DNA of 64,000 nucleotides from Sphagnum compactum (Eukaryota). Both the position numbers and the translations under genes were made by a program. Where the stretch lies: the NCBI GenBank assembly GCA_965153455.1, contig OZ234493.1, positions 28,634,213 to 28,698,212 on the forward strand, read 5' to 3'. Below are positions 50,951 to 64,000 of this stretch, piece after piece. Every line of letters begins with the position of its first letter. The first letter of the stretch is position 1. Under the pieces are notes generated by a model. The model was not told the origin of the DNA. It did not search any database and worked only from the letters and a program-made list of their open reading frames with translations.

Positions 50951-52248
50951 TATTTGTATTGAATTTGAGATTGTGTTATCATTTTGGTCAATGTTTTGAA
51001 ATAAAATGGAAATTTTTTTACTTCTTTAAAAATGTTTTCGTGTAGAATTATAGTATGGATAATAAGGAAAATTTCAGTTTGTAAAGAAATTTCAATAAGG
51101 GAATAAAAGAAAAAGACAAAAAAAGGTAGAAAGATGAAAAGAAAAAAAAGTTATAACTTCCAACATTTGGAAGTGTCTATATAGGTTATCATGTAACCTT
51201 TACGAATTTGAAGTTCCCATGAAGTTTTAATGCAATCTTTAGCCAAGTAAATGTCCCCAAAATATACTAAACAAAATTAGTTAATTCTTTAAGGGGAGAG
51301 AAGAAGCACATTAAAGTATGTAAAAACTAGGAACTAACCAATGTTGTGAGAGTTCTGGATTGCAATGTTAGTATTGGTGGGTTTTTAGGTCTAGGATTAG
51401 GTATGAAGATTCAAAATTGGACCTAGAACCTAAAATTGCTTTAAGAACTTACCTGAGAACCCATTAGAGGCAAGAACTAGGTTCAAAATGGAACCACCCA
51501 TCAAGGGATTCATTGGAGTGATTGACTTGAAATTGCTCTGGGTTTGAGGTGGGTTTGGGTATTCTAGGGTTTAAGTTTTCTTCTACCCCCCTCCCTCCAA
51601 TAGCTTTCTTCTTTAGAGCTTTCTTTCTTCCTACTCTTGATCTTGTCCTTCGTTTTTGTACCATGCCTCATAGGCCAACATCGCCATCCTCATATCTTTG
51701 AGACCATAGTAAAATGTGACAAAACAAATATTGTTTGTTCAAAACATGTATTTTGTAGGTGTCGGGCTTATAATTATTGAGACAATTTGTGTGATGAATA
51801 GGAGTACAAGGACTCAATTTGAATAAATCAATGCTTTCAAAATATAACTCTAAAATCAAACCATACCTCAAACCACACTCATTTTCAATATACTTTTGCC
51901 CCTAGACCCCATAACTGCCATGTTTTGGGGGGGGGGGGGGGGGGGGGGGAGAGTGAGGCAAACTGTATTTAAAGTTTTTAGAAATTTCAAAAAAATTCAA
52001 AACCTTACCCAAAAGGGTTATGAAAATTTTAAATATATATATAAGATCTGGGACTTTATGTTCTCTAAAAACAGATACCTACACAACATTGGTCCGAAGT
52101 ATGAACTTCATATTATGCTTTGGTGATTCATTTTGGGACCTAAAACTTGGGCTTCACAAAAAAAAAAGTAAGTTAATGAATTGTGGCATATTGTCTTCCC
52201 TTGTTCTACAACCATCCTTGTAAAAATTCTCCGTAATGAAACTCCTGA

Positions 52249-52612
52249 GAGCATCTCCATCAACGTTCAGTATGTGACCCTGCACTGGGAAATCTTGGAT
52301 GAGGTTCATTGGTCAAATCCAGTGAATCCCACTCGAAGACTCCTAACTAGGACACTTGAAAAGATGGACAGCTTTCGGAGCTCTCGAGGAGCCCTGGAAC
52401 AGTCTAATAAACACAGGTAAATCGTATATTTATTGACTGCTCCATGTTTCTAATGATTGGTCCAAGTGGGTTGCTATTAGTAGTCTTCGGTGTACTTGCA
52501 GTCCCAGTTTTAGTTTTATCGGCGGAGTTGGAAAAAAGTTAGGAACTAAAACTTGGATGTGAGAAATATTTTTGCAGGGTCACATAGATACTGAACATTG
52601 GTGGAGATGCTC
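52249..52612. mobile_element. Tourist-like (PIF/Harbinger) MITE
   Basis: Long TIRs GAGCATCTCCATCAACGTTCAGTATGTGACCCTGCA ... TGCAGGGTCACATAGATACTGAACATTGGTGGAGATGCTC; TGA/TTA flanks. Confidence 0.85.
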
Positions 52613-53578
52613 TTAAAATCTTTTAATCCTGCCTGCTGTATACAGCAGGCAAGGGTTATGGGATTCTTGTAAAATATATATACACAAATATTTATTTGGA
52701 GTCTATGGAATAGGCTTCTGTCTAGGGATGAAAAGAAACTTGTATGGCCAATCAGATTGCTAGAATGGGAGCTTTGAATTGTTTTGAATAAACTGGCACT
52801 TCAACAAACTTGTAATAGCATCATAGGCATAGTTAGGCTTGTCCCTAGATGAAAAGAAAAAAAATTGTGACCAATGAGGTTTTTCAAATCGGTGATTTTG
52901 AATTCTTTTTTTAAAGTTGCCTTAGTGAACTAGTATTTACATGCATGCAAATGACATGCAAATTGCAAGGATCCTTTAACAAGAATTTGGAGCATTCATG
53001 GTCTCCGATGTTTTAATTCATGATATGCCTCATGCTTTACACCACAGGATGCTTTGGGGCACAGGAACTTGGGGCTCTTCTGTCCAAGAGCTATGGAAGT
53101 TCATGTAGCTGAGAACAATTTGTTTTGGGGGCATAGGAACTTCCCTGTGCTGTTATGCCCTTGAACAAAAAAGTTCACAAAAAAGTTCGTGTAAGTGTCC
53201 TGTTAACGAAGAAATTCTTTAATCTATGAGAACAAATCAGGCATAGACAAAAATCTTTTGCTCTGTAAGAATGGAAGCCTGGATGGACCTACCCTTCCAC
53301 AACTCGGAAACGTAAATGAATATTTGAACAGATGACTTTACAGATCTGTAAAACATCCGGGCCTCGAGCGAGGCAAAGGAGGAAGGGTGGTTGGTTCCTC
53401 TAGATAGATAATGTATACAAAGGAAGAAATTAGGGCAGGTTTGTATGATGTGTTCGATTCACATCTTTTGGACTTAATATAACCACCAAAGATGCCTCAC
53501 TCAAAAGGGTAAAAGGTACCAAGTATCGACGTGGGTGCTGAATCACCATCACCTGCAAAAAGCATTGCAAAGTCTTTG

Positions 53579-53720
53579 AAAGCAGCTCTTTGCATGGAAG
53601 ATACTGTATGGTCCAGGTTTTGAGAAAAGCAGCTCTTTGCATGGAAGATACTGTATGGTCCAGGTTTTGAGAAAAGCACCTCTTTGCATGGAAGATACTC
53701 TCTAGTCCAGGTCTTGAGAA
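53579..53720. repeat. 47-bp x3 tandem repeat
   Basis: AGCAGCTCTTTGCATGGAAGATACTGTATGGTCCAGGTTTTGAGAAA starts at 53581, 53628 and 53675; no spacers. Confidence 0.95.
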
Positions 53721-55235
53721 AGTTTCTTGATGTGGCATCCACTTACTGGCTTAAGGAATGCCTCTGAGAAAGGCAACCCTGTCCACAATCTGGCTGGTCT
53801 TATACCTCATCAAAATAAGGAGGTCACAGTGGTAGCTGAAAATGATTAAATATTGTAGGTAGTAACAAGAGTTGATAAGGTATTATGCACTTTTGAACAT
53901 ACCATACCAGCTTGCTCCTCGTATTTTGTCCATTTGAAACTTTCATTGGAATTGGGTCCAAGCTCCAATCCTTCTTTTCAGCTGGTATGACAGAGGTATA
54001 TAAGTATATACACCCCGCCCTTTCTTCCCTTGTGGTACGTGCTAGGTATCACAGGAAAATAAAGATAAAACAAATCGGAGCGGGTCTTTATGTTGGTAAA
54101 ATTGGTAAAGTCCATGGCCTCAGGCTGCACCCCAACAGTTCCACTATGCTCGAAAGGGTAACAAAGACCTAATCCAAAAGTCATGAGAAAACGTGGAGCT
54201 GTTGATTGCAGAAGAGATGGATTTCTCTGTTCTCTTGGTGAGGAAACAAAGGTAGAGCAACACAGGGTGAAGCCTTCAAATTTTCACAATTTTCAGGCAT
54301 TTGGAGTTTAGGTTTTGGTTTCAAACTTTGGTAGTTAAATCATCTTTCAGTTTACCCGGATGTTTTTTCAAGAGTGTGTTGGTGCTACAACATCAACATC
54401 AACAAGTACTAGTGCATGTTGGTTTGTGGGAGTGATGGATATACCAGTCCTTGTTGACTTGGAATTTGGTGTTTCTCCTCAATTGTGACTTTGAAAGTCC
54501 ACCATATCCTGTGTCTGGGGTAAGGATAATTTTCCATCCCACACAGTGACACATTGCCATCATATCAGACGACAAACAATAACAGAAGATCATAATCATG
54601 TACACAGACAGATTGCTCAAATTCTTTCAAAATCACAGATCACATCTTCTGTCGATTCATAAAGAGGCAAGAATGTTCAATCTGTAATGCTTGAAACACC
54701 TTTTCTTTTCCATAGGCAAACCGAAACAAAAATGACAAGCAATCAGAGTCAAAAGACTATCATGACAGACAGACACATCACAAGGTACAGACAGAAATCT
54801 TAGCATATGCAGCCTTTTGGTTGTGTGTATTGTTATTGTACACAGGGTCTTTCTTGTCCCCACTACTCCTTGAAGAAGTACCTGTTTTTCACTGTCATCT
54901 CCACATTTGCAGACTGCAGGCAACCAAGCTAGCAAGGGAGGTTCTTCATCATATTGGCTTCTGACAATGACTCTGAAGGGTGCCAAAGCTTTGCAAGACC
55001 TCATTTCTACTGTATGACTGCAGCAGACCAAATTCATCATCCCCTTGAGGAATGGGTCTCTACCACCTCATGGAAAAAAGAACATCTTGAGGCTGAACAG
55101 ATCCTTTGCAGAGTCTTGGTGGCTTCTATCCCTTCTTTCTATATGGCCTAAAATTCATATCTCACAACAAGGTAATATGGTACACAGTAGTGTTGTTTCT
55201 CGCCCTGCTACAAGCAAAAGGAGTCTCGGGGTTCT

Positions 55236-56035
55236 TCAACCAAAACTTCTGGAGAGGCGATGATGCCTCTTGGGTTGATTTGAAGCTAAGTGCGACTGCT
55301 GTAGCATGGACCACATCACATGCACATCCTCATAGCCACATGAGCGCACATCATTGTAAAGCTTTGAAATCCCATTTGCTGCAAAGTACAGAAAACATAT
55401 TTATTCATCAGCTCTAGAGTACCACCAGTACACACCCCTAAAGCACTGCCAGAAATTTCAGTAAGATTCACTCAGCTACACTGTAGGGATCTTATGTTTT
55501 GAAGGAGGAACATTTTGTTCTGAAATGTTTGTCTGTACAAATCGATCAGGGGAGGCAGTTGCTTTAGGCTTGGTAAGGCACTCAGACGAGGGTGTACCCA
55601 CAATGCAGACACCACCTCACCTCGGCTGCTGCCTCGGGTGGTATCCTTCTTCTGGTAACACCTTGGGCCTTACCTACGACTTTTCATCCGACAATTTCTT
55701 TTGTCATGTCTGTCTCCAGGCAAGCAATAAACTCTGACTGACTGCAAGAAACACTCTCTGGTGCGAAAATCCTTAATTTCTTCTGCCGTTTTGCACATTG
55801 GCAGCAGGGGTGTTTTGAGTTCTTTTGGGCAATGCTGCTGCTTCCAGACTCTCGCTCCTCCATCTCATCATCTTCTCTAGAACAAAATTTCTATCGGAAA
55901 ACCTAATCAAGAAGTGAGACAATTTGTTTTGGAAGTCTTACCACGATTGTGTCTGCGAGGAAGCAACCTGGATATCATTGCACCCCAGATTCTCCTGAAC
56001 GGAGTGGTCACCTTCCGCAGCCACGATGATCCCAT
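55236..56035 (-). CDS. Small (78 aa) conserved plant protein of unknown function. Exons 56035-55942 and 55378-55236.
   Basis: Spliced translation MGSSWLRKVTTPFRRIWGAMISRLLPRRHNR|ANGISKLYNDVRSCGYEDVHVMWSMLQQSHLASNQPKRHHRLSRSFG*. Phase-1 GT-AG intron. The W..K...P.RR.W and KL..DV..CGY.DV.VMW..L motifs are typical of a widespread plant small-protein family. Confidence 0.9.
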
Positions 56036-56609
56036 CTCCCTTCTCTGATCGTTTTCCTTGTTCTCCTCCTGGTTCTTTCCTTTCCAATCCCCGCTTGCCG
56101 CTCGACTATGCAAAGATCCGAAACAAAGAAAGAAACGCAGCAGAGAAACAAAAAAAGCCGATGCGAGGAAAATCCTTTGAGAAACGCATCAAGTAGAATA
56201 CGTCTCTGGAAGACGACGACGCAACCGAAGCCTCGTTGTTGCGAAATCTCTCACTACCTCACAAACGTTGAAAAGAAATTCCTCAAACCGAAAGTTCTGT
56301 GTCCTCCTCACACCAATATTCTGCTGAACTGCTTTTGTGTCTGTCTCTGCGTCTCTCGTTCTTTTGCGCATAGACAGATCCTGACGCTGCTTCTGTCTCT
56401 GTGTCTCTCCTTCTTTTTGCGCAATAGGCAGATCCTGAAACTAGGAATTCTATTGCGAAAGTCCTAGATGTATACTATAAAAACAGTGATTCTTGCCTCT
56501 TTGAATCAGGCAATACTAGGTACTACGGAGATCTCCGGGTTCAACTGGCGGATAACACGCGAGCTTGAAATACGAAAACAGTGAAATGTTCCTCTTATCT
56601 CTTTCCAAG

Positions 56610-57200
56610 CTCGAACACTCCAATTCCTCTCTCTCTTTTCTCTTGTGGCCGCAAACTATAACAATCGACTGAACAGCAAAAAACCTGCGAGGCTTGTTCC
56701 TATTGCAACACTACAAAAAAAGTGAGGATGATGAAGCTCCAACACTGGAAGAAACAATTCCTCTCTCTTTTCTCTTGTGGCGGCAAATGATAACAATCGA
56801 CTGAACAGCAAAAAAAAACCGCTGCGAGGCTTGTTCCAATTACAACACTACAAAAGCGTGATGATGATGATCAAGCTTCAATACTGGAAGAAACAATTCC
56901 TCTCTCTCTTTTCTCTTGTGGCAGCAAATGATAACAATCGACTGAACAGAAGAAAACTACGACACTTGCTCCTATTGCGACACTACAAAAGAGTGATGAT
57001 GATGATGATGATGAAAGCTCCAACACTAGTGTAAGCAACAATTTCCTCTGCTTTTTTTCTCTTGTGGCAGCAAATGAAGTACAACAACAACAACAATCGA
57101 ATGAAACAGGCCCAAAAAAAAAAGCGTGCGAGACCTGCTCTTATAGCGATACTACCTACAAGAGAATGATGATGAAGACGTTGCTACAGCAGCACAGCCT
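56610..57200 (+). repeat. ~135-145-bp tandem repeat x4
   Basis: CAATTCCTCTCTCTTTTCTCTTGTGGC.GCAAA..ATAACAATCGACTGAACAG...CACTACAAAA..GTGATGATGATGAAGCTCCAACACT starts at ~56621, 56755, 56894, 57039. Confidence 0.9.
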
Positions 57201-58051
57201 CTCTCTCCCCCGCCGCGTTGCCACTTCGTGTGTGTGTGGGGGGGGGGGGGGGGGGGGGTGGTGTCTGCCCCCTGCTCCGGACTCAGGAAGCAGCAAAACC
57301 GCGACAACAAAACCACCAAAAAAAAACACTTAGAACAACCCACTGCAAACGGGGAGGGCACCTGCCCCCCCCCCCAAACCCTATAAAAAAAAAAACGTGT
57401 ACTGACCGTGCACACCGGCCGCATCGTTTCCGAAGATTCTGAAAATAATTAAAATCTATAAATGTGAAAAGGGGTTTTGGAGTCACACGGTGTGTGGGGG
57501 TGGACTACTAACCACCACCCAAAGTCAAAAGGGAAAAGGAAAAAAAAAAGCAAAAAAAAGCCAAAAAAAGAAGAAAAAAAAAGGGGAGAAAAACACACCC
57601 ACCTACTAGTGCCATTTTTCACTTTCCATGGAACTTCTTGGCACCGAGTTATTTCCTTTTAGTAAAAGAAGAAGAAGAAGAAGGAGAAGAAGGAGTCCCA
57701 CCCCCAAAAAATGGAAGATCTCACTCGGAAGTATGGAAGAGACACGAAATGGAATGCCATGCAATTTCTCACAAGTTTTTTTTTTTTGGGTTTGTGTCGA
57801 ATATGCCATCCGAATACACTAAAAAATAATTTGGTAGGTCTATTTGGAGAAAGAGAGAGAGAGAGAGAGAGAAGGGCACAATGTAGTTTTTGTAAAGCAT
57901 TTCGAGAAATTTTTTGAGTAAAACCGAGGCACATCTAAGTGGAGTGTAAGTTTGTATGTCATTTCAACAATGGAAGTTCAATTCACGGGGGATTTGTAGC
58001 TACTCTATAAGAAATTTTGGCTAATAAACTCGTACGAGTTCGTTCATCTTA

Positions 58052-58258
58052 AGGTGCATTCACACCTAATGTTGATGAGTCGGTGTTTTAAGTGAAAATT
58101 TAGGTGGCACCCAATGTTAAATGGGTGATTGTCTAGTATTAAGTGAATGTTAACTTAATATAAAACCTTTGTGGTAAATAGGTTTAAGGTCCTAAATGAC
58201 TAGTTTGGTGTTAAGGGACTTAATACTAGAGTCCTTAACACCAAGTGTGAATGCACCT
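58052..58258. mobile_element. Tourist-like MITE with intact TTA target-site duplication
   Basis: tta-AGGTGCATTCACAC ... GTGTGAATGCACCT-tta. Confidence 0.85.
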
Positions 58259-60048
58259 TTAGCCACGGATTTTTTGCATATGTCTTGTTTGAGGGTCTCT
58301 TTCTTTACTCTCTATAAAGCCCTAAAATGAGTGCACTACCAAAATTGGGTCCCCACTACTACACAAGGGCATTCCCAAAATTGGGTTGGGAGTTGCTATC
58401 ACCTCAAGTGATTACACAATTAAGTTGATGGGTTATGATATTTTAGACCATGCCAAAGGTTATGAATAGAGCATATTTTATTAAAAATTTAACAAAAGAT
58501 ATGTATCAAAATATTTCAAAAAAATTCCTTAATGCAAAGTTATAGTGGTTAATTTTTGATGCCATAGAAACAATTTATACAAGGTATTTTGTGCTTAAAT
58601 GCTGATAGTGAATGATTTAATCTAAAATATATTAAATGATAATTTATTTTAAACTAACAACTTGATTATGAAAACATTTGCATAGTTTTTTTTTGAAAAT
58701 ATGCATTTATTATTATTAATAGTGTATTTTTGAAATAAAAAATATGGATTGATCAGTTGGTTGGATTGTAAGAAATTCAAAATTTCATTACAAATTGTTT
58801 ATAGGGATTAAGAATGGGTTGAAGAGTGAAATGATAAAATTAAGTGTGAAAATTAATTTTTGAAACACCTTGACCAAATGGTAGTTATGAACTTCTGAAG
58901 GGTTAAAATTGGACCTTATTTGAAAAAGTTTTTTTGAAATGAATTTTTTTTTGTGTTTGTCAAAATTTCTATTCCCAATGGCTACATAATTGAAATATTT
59001 AAGTGTGATTTTATTCTTATGAACTTTATGGGTTTTTCTTTTACAATTTCCAAAGTGATTTCACCATACCATTAACAACAACATTTTTAAAGACAAGTTT
59101 TCGCTTAATTTTTTAAAAGTTTCATAAGTGAGTGAAATTGTAATAGTCAAAGATTACACTGATAAAATCTTAAAATTTAAAATCACACCAATATGAATAA
59201 TATATAAAAACATGCAAAAAACTCTTGGGAGTCTTGTGCATTTGCTTAAAATAAATCATTATAACTTGCATTCACCCTTTTCTTTAACTAAAGCAACTTC
59301 AACTTTAATATGAATTCTTGAAATTAGCATTTGTTGTGCAAGTTAAATGTGTAATTTTATTTTTTTTATCACAAGTCAATTTTTTACCACAATGATAATT
59401 TGATCAAGATTGTTCACTTGTAAGTGGGAGTGTCAAGAATATGTTTCACCAAGAAAGCAACATTTAAAAATTGAACCGCACGAGTCCACTATGAAGCAAA
59501 AGGATACACAACAACGATTGTGGGATAGATGATATCTGGCCATTATGCATGTTCATATCCAAACGTTTCCACATAACCGAACTACCACGGGTCCTGAACT
59601 TGAGGGTCCTTAATACCCTCAAGGATCCTTGGGCCTTACCCTACACATTCCATCCTAAATTTTGAACATTGTTCAGCACCTCGTTACTTACTGATATTCC
59701 ATTGGTTGATGTGAAAAATGACCGAGTTCTCATTTTGGGAACTTCAATGGAACACTTGTTATTTTAACATTTGCTCGTTTGAAGTTTGAACTTGCCATAA
59801 AGGGAGGCCATTGGGTACCTATCTGATGTGAGGCTCTCCTTATAGATAGAGTGTAGTGTAAAGAAGCTTTTCATGAATACCTCTAGGTATAACTTCTTTG
59901 AATGCATTCGAAGATTGCAACCATCACTTGCACTCATGGGATTTCTAAATTCTTTCCCTTTCATTTTCATTGCCATTAGAGAAATCCGCAAAGTCATCCT
60001 GTCTTCACCCTGTCTTTGGGCCCTCCTTTCAACTCCTAACCCCTCTTT

Positions 60049-60413
60049 TAGTGGGTATCGGTAAAGTAAGGAAATTTTATTAAATCTAAGCATGAAATGC
60101 CGAAACTCAGTACGAAATGCTGAATCTCAGCACTTAATCCACAAGGTGTGTTAGGAATTATAGTAGCTGTACAGGTAGGATGTACAGGTAGGAGCAGTGA
60201 AAATCTATGTAGCAGCAGTGGAAGCGCTCAAGAAAAAAGAAAGACAGGGTGAAACTCAGGAGAACATCAAAATTGATGGTTTCCTGAGTTTCACCACCCC
60301 CCATTGAATGCTAATGTTACTTTTTTGCAGGTTTTTAAAAAAAAATCTCACCCTGTGAATGACCAAACTCAGGGTACTGGTGCTGTCTTTTCCTCACTTT
60401 ACGGATATCTCTA
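60049..60413. mobile_element. Non-autonomous TIR element (hAT-like TAG/CAG ends); a partial second copy lies at ~3598-3692
   Basis: TAGTGGGTATCGGTAAAGTAAGGAAA ... TTTCCTCACTTTACGGATATCTCTA are inverted. The left ~100 bp is similar to 3598-3692. No clear 8-bp TSD. Confidence 0.6.
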
Positions 60414-62319
60414 TAATGTAAATATTCTTCTTAGATAGCCTTTGCTTCGGTGTTGGGTGGGCACAATGGTTGACCATCAAGCATCACTCGGTGACCTCCA
60501 AACCCAAAACACACACACACACAAAAGTTTTTCTGCTTGACTTTTTCCACAACCCTCCATAGAAAACCTAGACCGTGTTGTTTGTCCTGAAGTGGCAATA
60601 ACTAACCCCAATGTTCCTTCCTCGACTAAAGTCCAACAGCTCTCTCTCTCTCTCTCTCTTTCTCTCTATATAAGTGTGTATGTCACAATGGATGATAATA
60701 TGTATTGGCCACAATGAATCAGCACCCACCAGCACGCTACGAAGGATGGATGGTAAGTGGTCAGGAAACAGTTTTCTGTTGGGTTCCAGTTTCCTAGCTA
60801 ACCATGGTGCTTACCTCAGTGCTTTTTTTTTACTACCTACCTACTACTAGATAGGTAGGTAGGTAAAAAAAAACAGCTCTTACTTATGTATAAACCATCT
60901 AATAATTTACCTAGTATTTGCCTATTTTCTTACCTATCTACTTATATACAAGACCTATTTCGTACAAAATTGGTTACCAAGGTGAAATCAAATATTAACT
61001 CAGGTTGAGGTTCATCCAAAACTGAGTAATAACAGGCATCCAGTGGATGGTGCACTGATGGGTGCTGGTTCACTGTGGCATGCACTATTTAGAAACGTGG
61101 TGGGTGTTCTTTCACAAAAATCAAAAGTTTTCAAAGGAAATGGAGAGATGGAGTGGGGGGGCCCTCAACACCTTCACCATGTCAAAATGGAGGATGTTAA
61201 GAATAGAGAGAAGCATTTTGTTTCTCATGTTGGAAAAGCCTCAAGGAAGCAAAAGGTCACCAATAATTAACATCATCTTTTGTTGGTCCAAGAACATGCC
61301 TGGGTGGTCTCCAATGCAAAGCACATTGTTGTAGCCTAGATATTAATTATTGTAGAGATTTTTTTAGGTTTTAGTTTTTTTTTTTCCCAAAAGATACAAC
61401 ACGAGTTCTCTTGTTGGTGACCATGCTCTTCGGCATCGAAGTGTGAAGATAGTCAACATTGATCATCAACTTATACAATGTTTTTGGTGATCATCCAAAA
61501 CAATTTTGCCATAAACCAAATTGGTGATCACCCACAAGAATATTTAGCCATATTTGACTATAGACCATGTATGAAAGTAAAAACTTTAAAAATCCTTCAC
61601 ATTTTTGGCTACATGTTAAAACTCAATAAAGAATTTTTGACAATTTTTTTTAACAAAAATGATGGTATCTAGTTACTTTGTGCATAGTTATGGTATAATA
61701 ATTGGTATTCCTTGCTAACATGGACATGCATGCCATCTTGACCCAAAAGAGAAATACGACTTTTAATTTATTTTTAAAAAAAATGAATGATCGCATTACA
61801 TTTGGGACAATATTATTAATTATCACATTCAAATTTAGTGTTAAGCATGTGCATGTCCCTCACTTATAAATAATAATTTATAAATTGTATACAATGTACA
61901 CTATGAGAGCACATAAATGTCATGTGTGACCTCTATCAATTAAAAACATTTTTTTTTAAAATTGTTTTTTCTTACATCACAATATCATGTGTGAATTCCC
62001 AAAAACTAAGCCCATTTTCACACCCTTGTGATGTTGACTTCATCCAAAATTTGGTATGAATCATTTTGAGTGAAACTATCGAAACTACTTTTATCCCTTG
62101 TTGCACACAAAATTTAAGAAAAAGGAGTCTTTAGTAAAGGAGTGGTTAAATTGCAAAAGGGATCAATAAATAATATGCCAGATTTTTTTTAACGACATTG
62201 AAAAGATTAAAATATAAAATCCCATATTTGAAGTGAATCTTTCAGATTTTGACCTATGAAAAGTTTCAAAATTTAATGTGTGATGTCTCAAATTGCAAGA
62301 GCGGATTTAAAGTTTTTTC

Positions 62320-62456
62320 TTTTGGTGGAGACTTATGTTCATCCTTCTCTGCAAGAGTGCACCAAGTGTTTGAGAGTTTTGTCTCTTTTTTATGGAGACT
62401 TATATTCATCCTTCTCTGCAAGAGTGCACCAAGTGTTGAGAGTTTTGTCTCTTTTT
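62320..62456. repeat. ~66-bp direct tandem duplication
   Basis: TGGAGACTTAT.TTCATCCTTCTCTGCAAGAGTGCACCAAGTGTT.GAGAGTTTTGTCTCTTTTT occurs twice. Confidence 0.9.
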
Positions 62457-63945
62457 CGGAACTTGGAAATCGGTGGGTAAGGGTAGTAGGGTTAAATGTA
62501 TGCCCTTGGATCAACAATGCTCAAAAATCAAAGGATTGGGTTTCACCCTTGACCAACGGTTCTCAATAATCAATCCTTGAAGCGGGTTTTTTTTAAAAAT
62601 AAAAGAACCTACACTAAACCACTAGAGTTTTGTCAATTTGATCATGAAACCCACTGGTTATGAGAATGTTTAAATACTCCAACCAAAAGGTTCTTTATTA
62701 ACCAAATCTGAGAACTGCACGACAGTGGAATCATGTATGCTTCTCTACACTACCATTGTGCTTATCATCCTCCCTCAAATATATGGGAAATATAGAATCT
62801 ACACAAACCAGATTGAAAGGGGTTGAGGGTTAACTGAACATATCTTGTTGTTTGGGTACATACATGTTGCGGTTATGTCCAAACAAGGAAAAGAGAGAGA
62901 GAGGAAAATGCAGAAGCTTTCCTTGCCAAACAAACACCATACTACACATGTTTATCTATCTCCAAAAAAGAATGAAAAGACATAGGAAAATTAGACATGA
63001 GCACACAAACAAACGTACATCAGCAAAAGGCAATATGACAATTAAAAAACAATTAGTCTCAGCACATTCACACCTCAACTATTACTACTAACCAGTGCTC
63101 TCTCTCTCTCTCTCTCTCTCACTTGTTCTGTAGTTCATGCAACAGCTCAATGCAACATTTGCTTGTACTGATATTCAGCTGTTGATTGATAAGTGCAAAA
63201 AACCAGCAGCTGTGTAAGGTTTGTCATACTGCTAATATGAATCTCAATATTTCATTTGGGTGACAGCATCTCCAATTGTTGATATGTTAAGCAAAGCAAA
63301 ACAGGATTCCATTCTCTTCTGTATCTGACTACCACACCAGCAGTTTTGTCTTTTTCATCTGTCATAAGCAAAACCTCCAAAGCAAAGAAGCAGATTTTCC
63401 CAGTTCACCTCGCTTGCAAACCAACACAAGGAATCACAAAGCACAAACCCAGGAATCATAGGGGAGAAAGAAAGATGAATCTGGTGTATCATCTGTAGAT
63501 CGAAGTTCAAATGAGTAAGTACCAACTCTCTTACAGGAAGGAGACCAACTAACCTTCCATAGAAAGCATTGTCTGGTATTTGTCTCAGCATGAACAATTA
63601 TCTACAAACAATTCATACATATAGCAGTCGAGAAAGAGTAATGTAAGGTGCAGAAAAGAAACACATGAGAAATTACAAGGGTGCTCAGTACTGAGAGAAC
63701 TCAATGTGTATACAACACAATGAATACTTTCTTTGCTTGATAAACAGGGGGCAGGTACAGGAGTTTTCAATAAATTCACTCCGTTCATCTCAAAAGAATC
63801 CCCGATGTTCAAAAATTTAGGAACAAGAATCAGATGAATTGAAAGCTTCATCTAAATTAAGCCCTAAAGAGCAAAAAGAAATTGGGAATAAAAATCAGAT
63901 GAAAAGAATCCCTGGCTACCATGTGTGTACATTCATGTACACAGT

Positions 63946-64000
63946 TTAGTCAACTTCCTCAATCTTTGGTCCAGCACCAGATGATGGAATATCATCATCA
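63946..64000 (-). CDS. HSP70: C-terminal end of a cytosolic HSP70; the gene continues beyond the window
   Basis: The minus strand reads DDDIPSSGAGPKIEEVD*. GPKIEEVD is the hallmark plant cytosolic HSP70 terminus. It is too short to appear in the ORF track. Confidence 0.9.
   Translation of the reverse strand, partial: DDDIPSSGAGPKIEEVD

Noticed and set aside
53579-53720. Possible CRISPR-like array
   Set aside because: The units are contiguous with no unique spacers, and the context is eukaryotic.
59764-60093. 109-aa ORF (and the ORFs at 61043-61334)
   Set aside because: It begins inside a TIR element and has no recognisable motifs; at most unassignable TE debris.

Overview
Eukaryotic nuclear DNA from a land plant. 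The intron style, gene content and repeats look bryophyte (moss)-like, but that assignment is an inference. Five complete spliced genes are present: an uncharacterised type II membrane protein (+, 6.8-9.3 kb), a kelch-type acyl-CoA-binding protein (ACBP4/5-like, -, 11.6-17.6 kb), an RFWD3-like RING-WD40 E3 ligase (+, 37.7-43.3 kb), a strictosidine synthase-like protein (-, 44.3-46.6 kb) and a 78-aa conserved small protein (-, 55.2-56.0 kb). The window ends in the last codons of a cytosolic HSP70 (-). AT-rich, MITE- and satellite-rich islands separate the genes. The most striking region is the gene-free island at about 19-36 kb. It holds decayed, intron-containing relics of two DNA-base-modifying enzymes that are not standard land-plant genes: a TET/JBP-type Fe(II) dioxygenase (HxD...H motifs, 30.6-31.9 kb) and a beta-class N4-cytosine/N6-adenine DNA methyltransferase (22.2-23.2 kb). 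A CACTA TnpA-like fragment lies between them, and 25-bp satellite arrays bracket the dioxygenase. This suggests a mobile element, or nested elements, carrying DNA-modification cargo. A Crypton-like tyrosine recombinase relic lies at about 49.7-50.3 kb. All family calls come from manual motif recognition; no database searches were run, and exon borders were read by eye.
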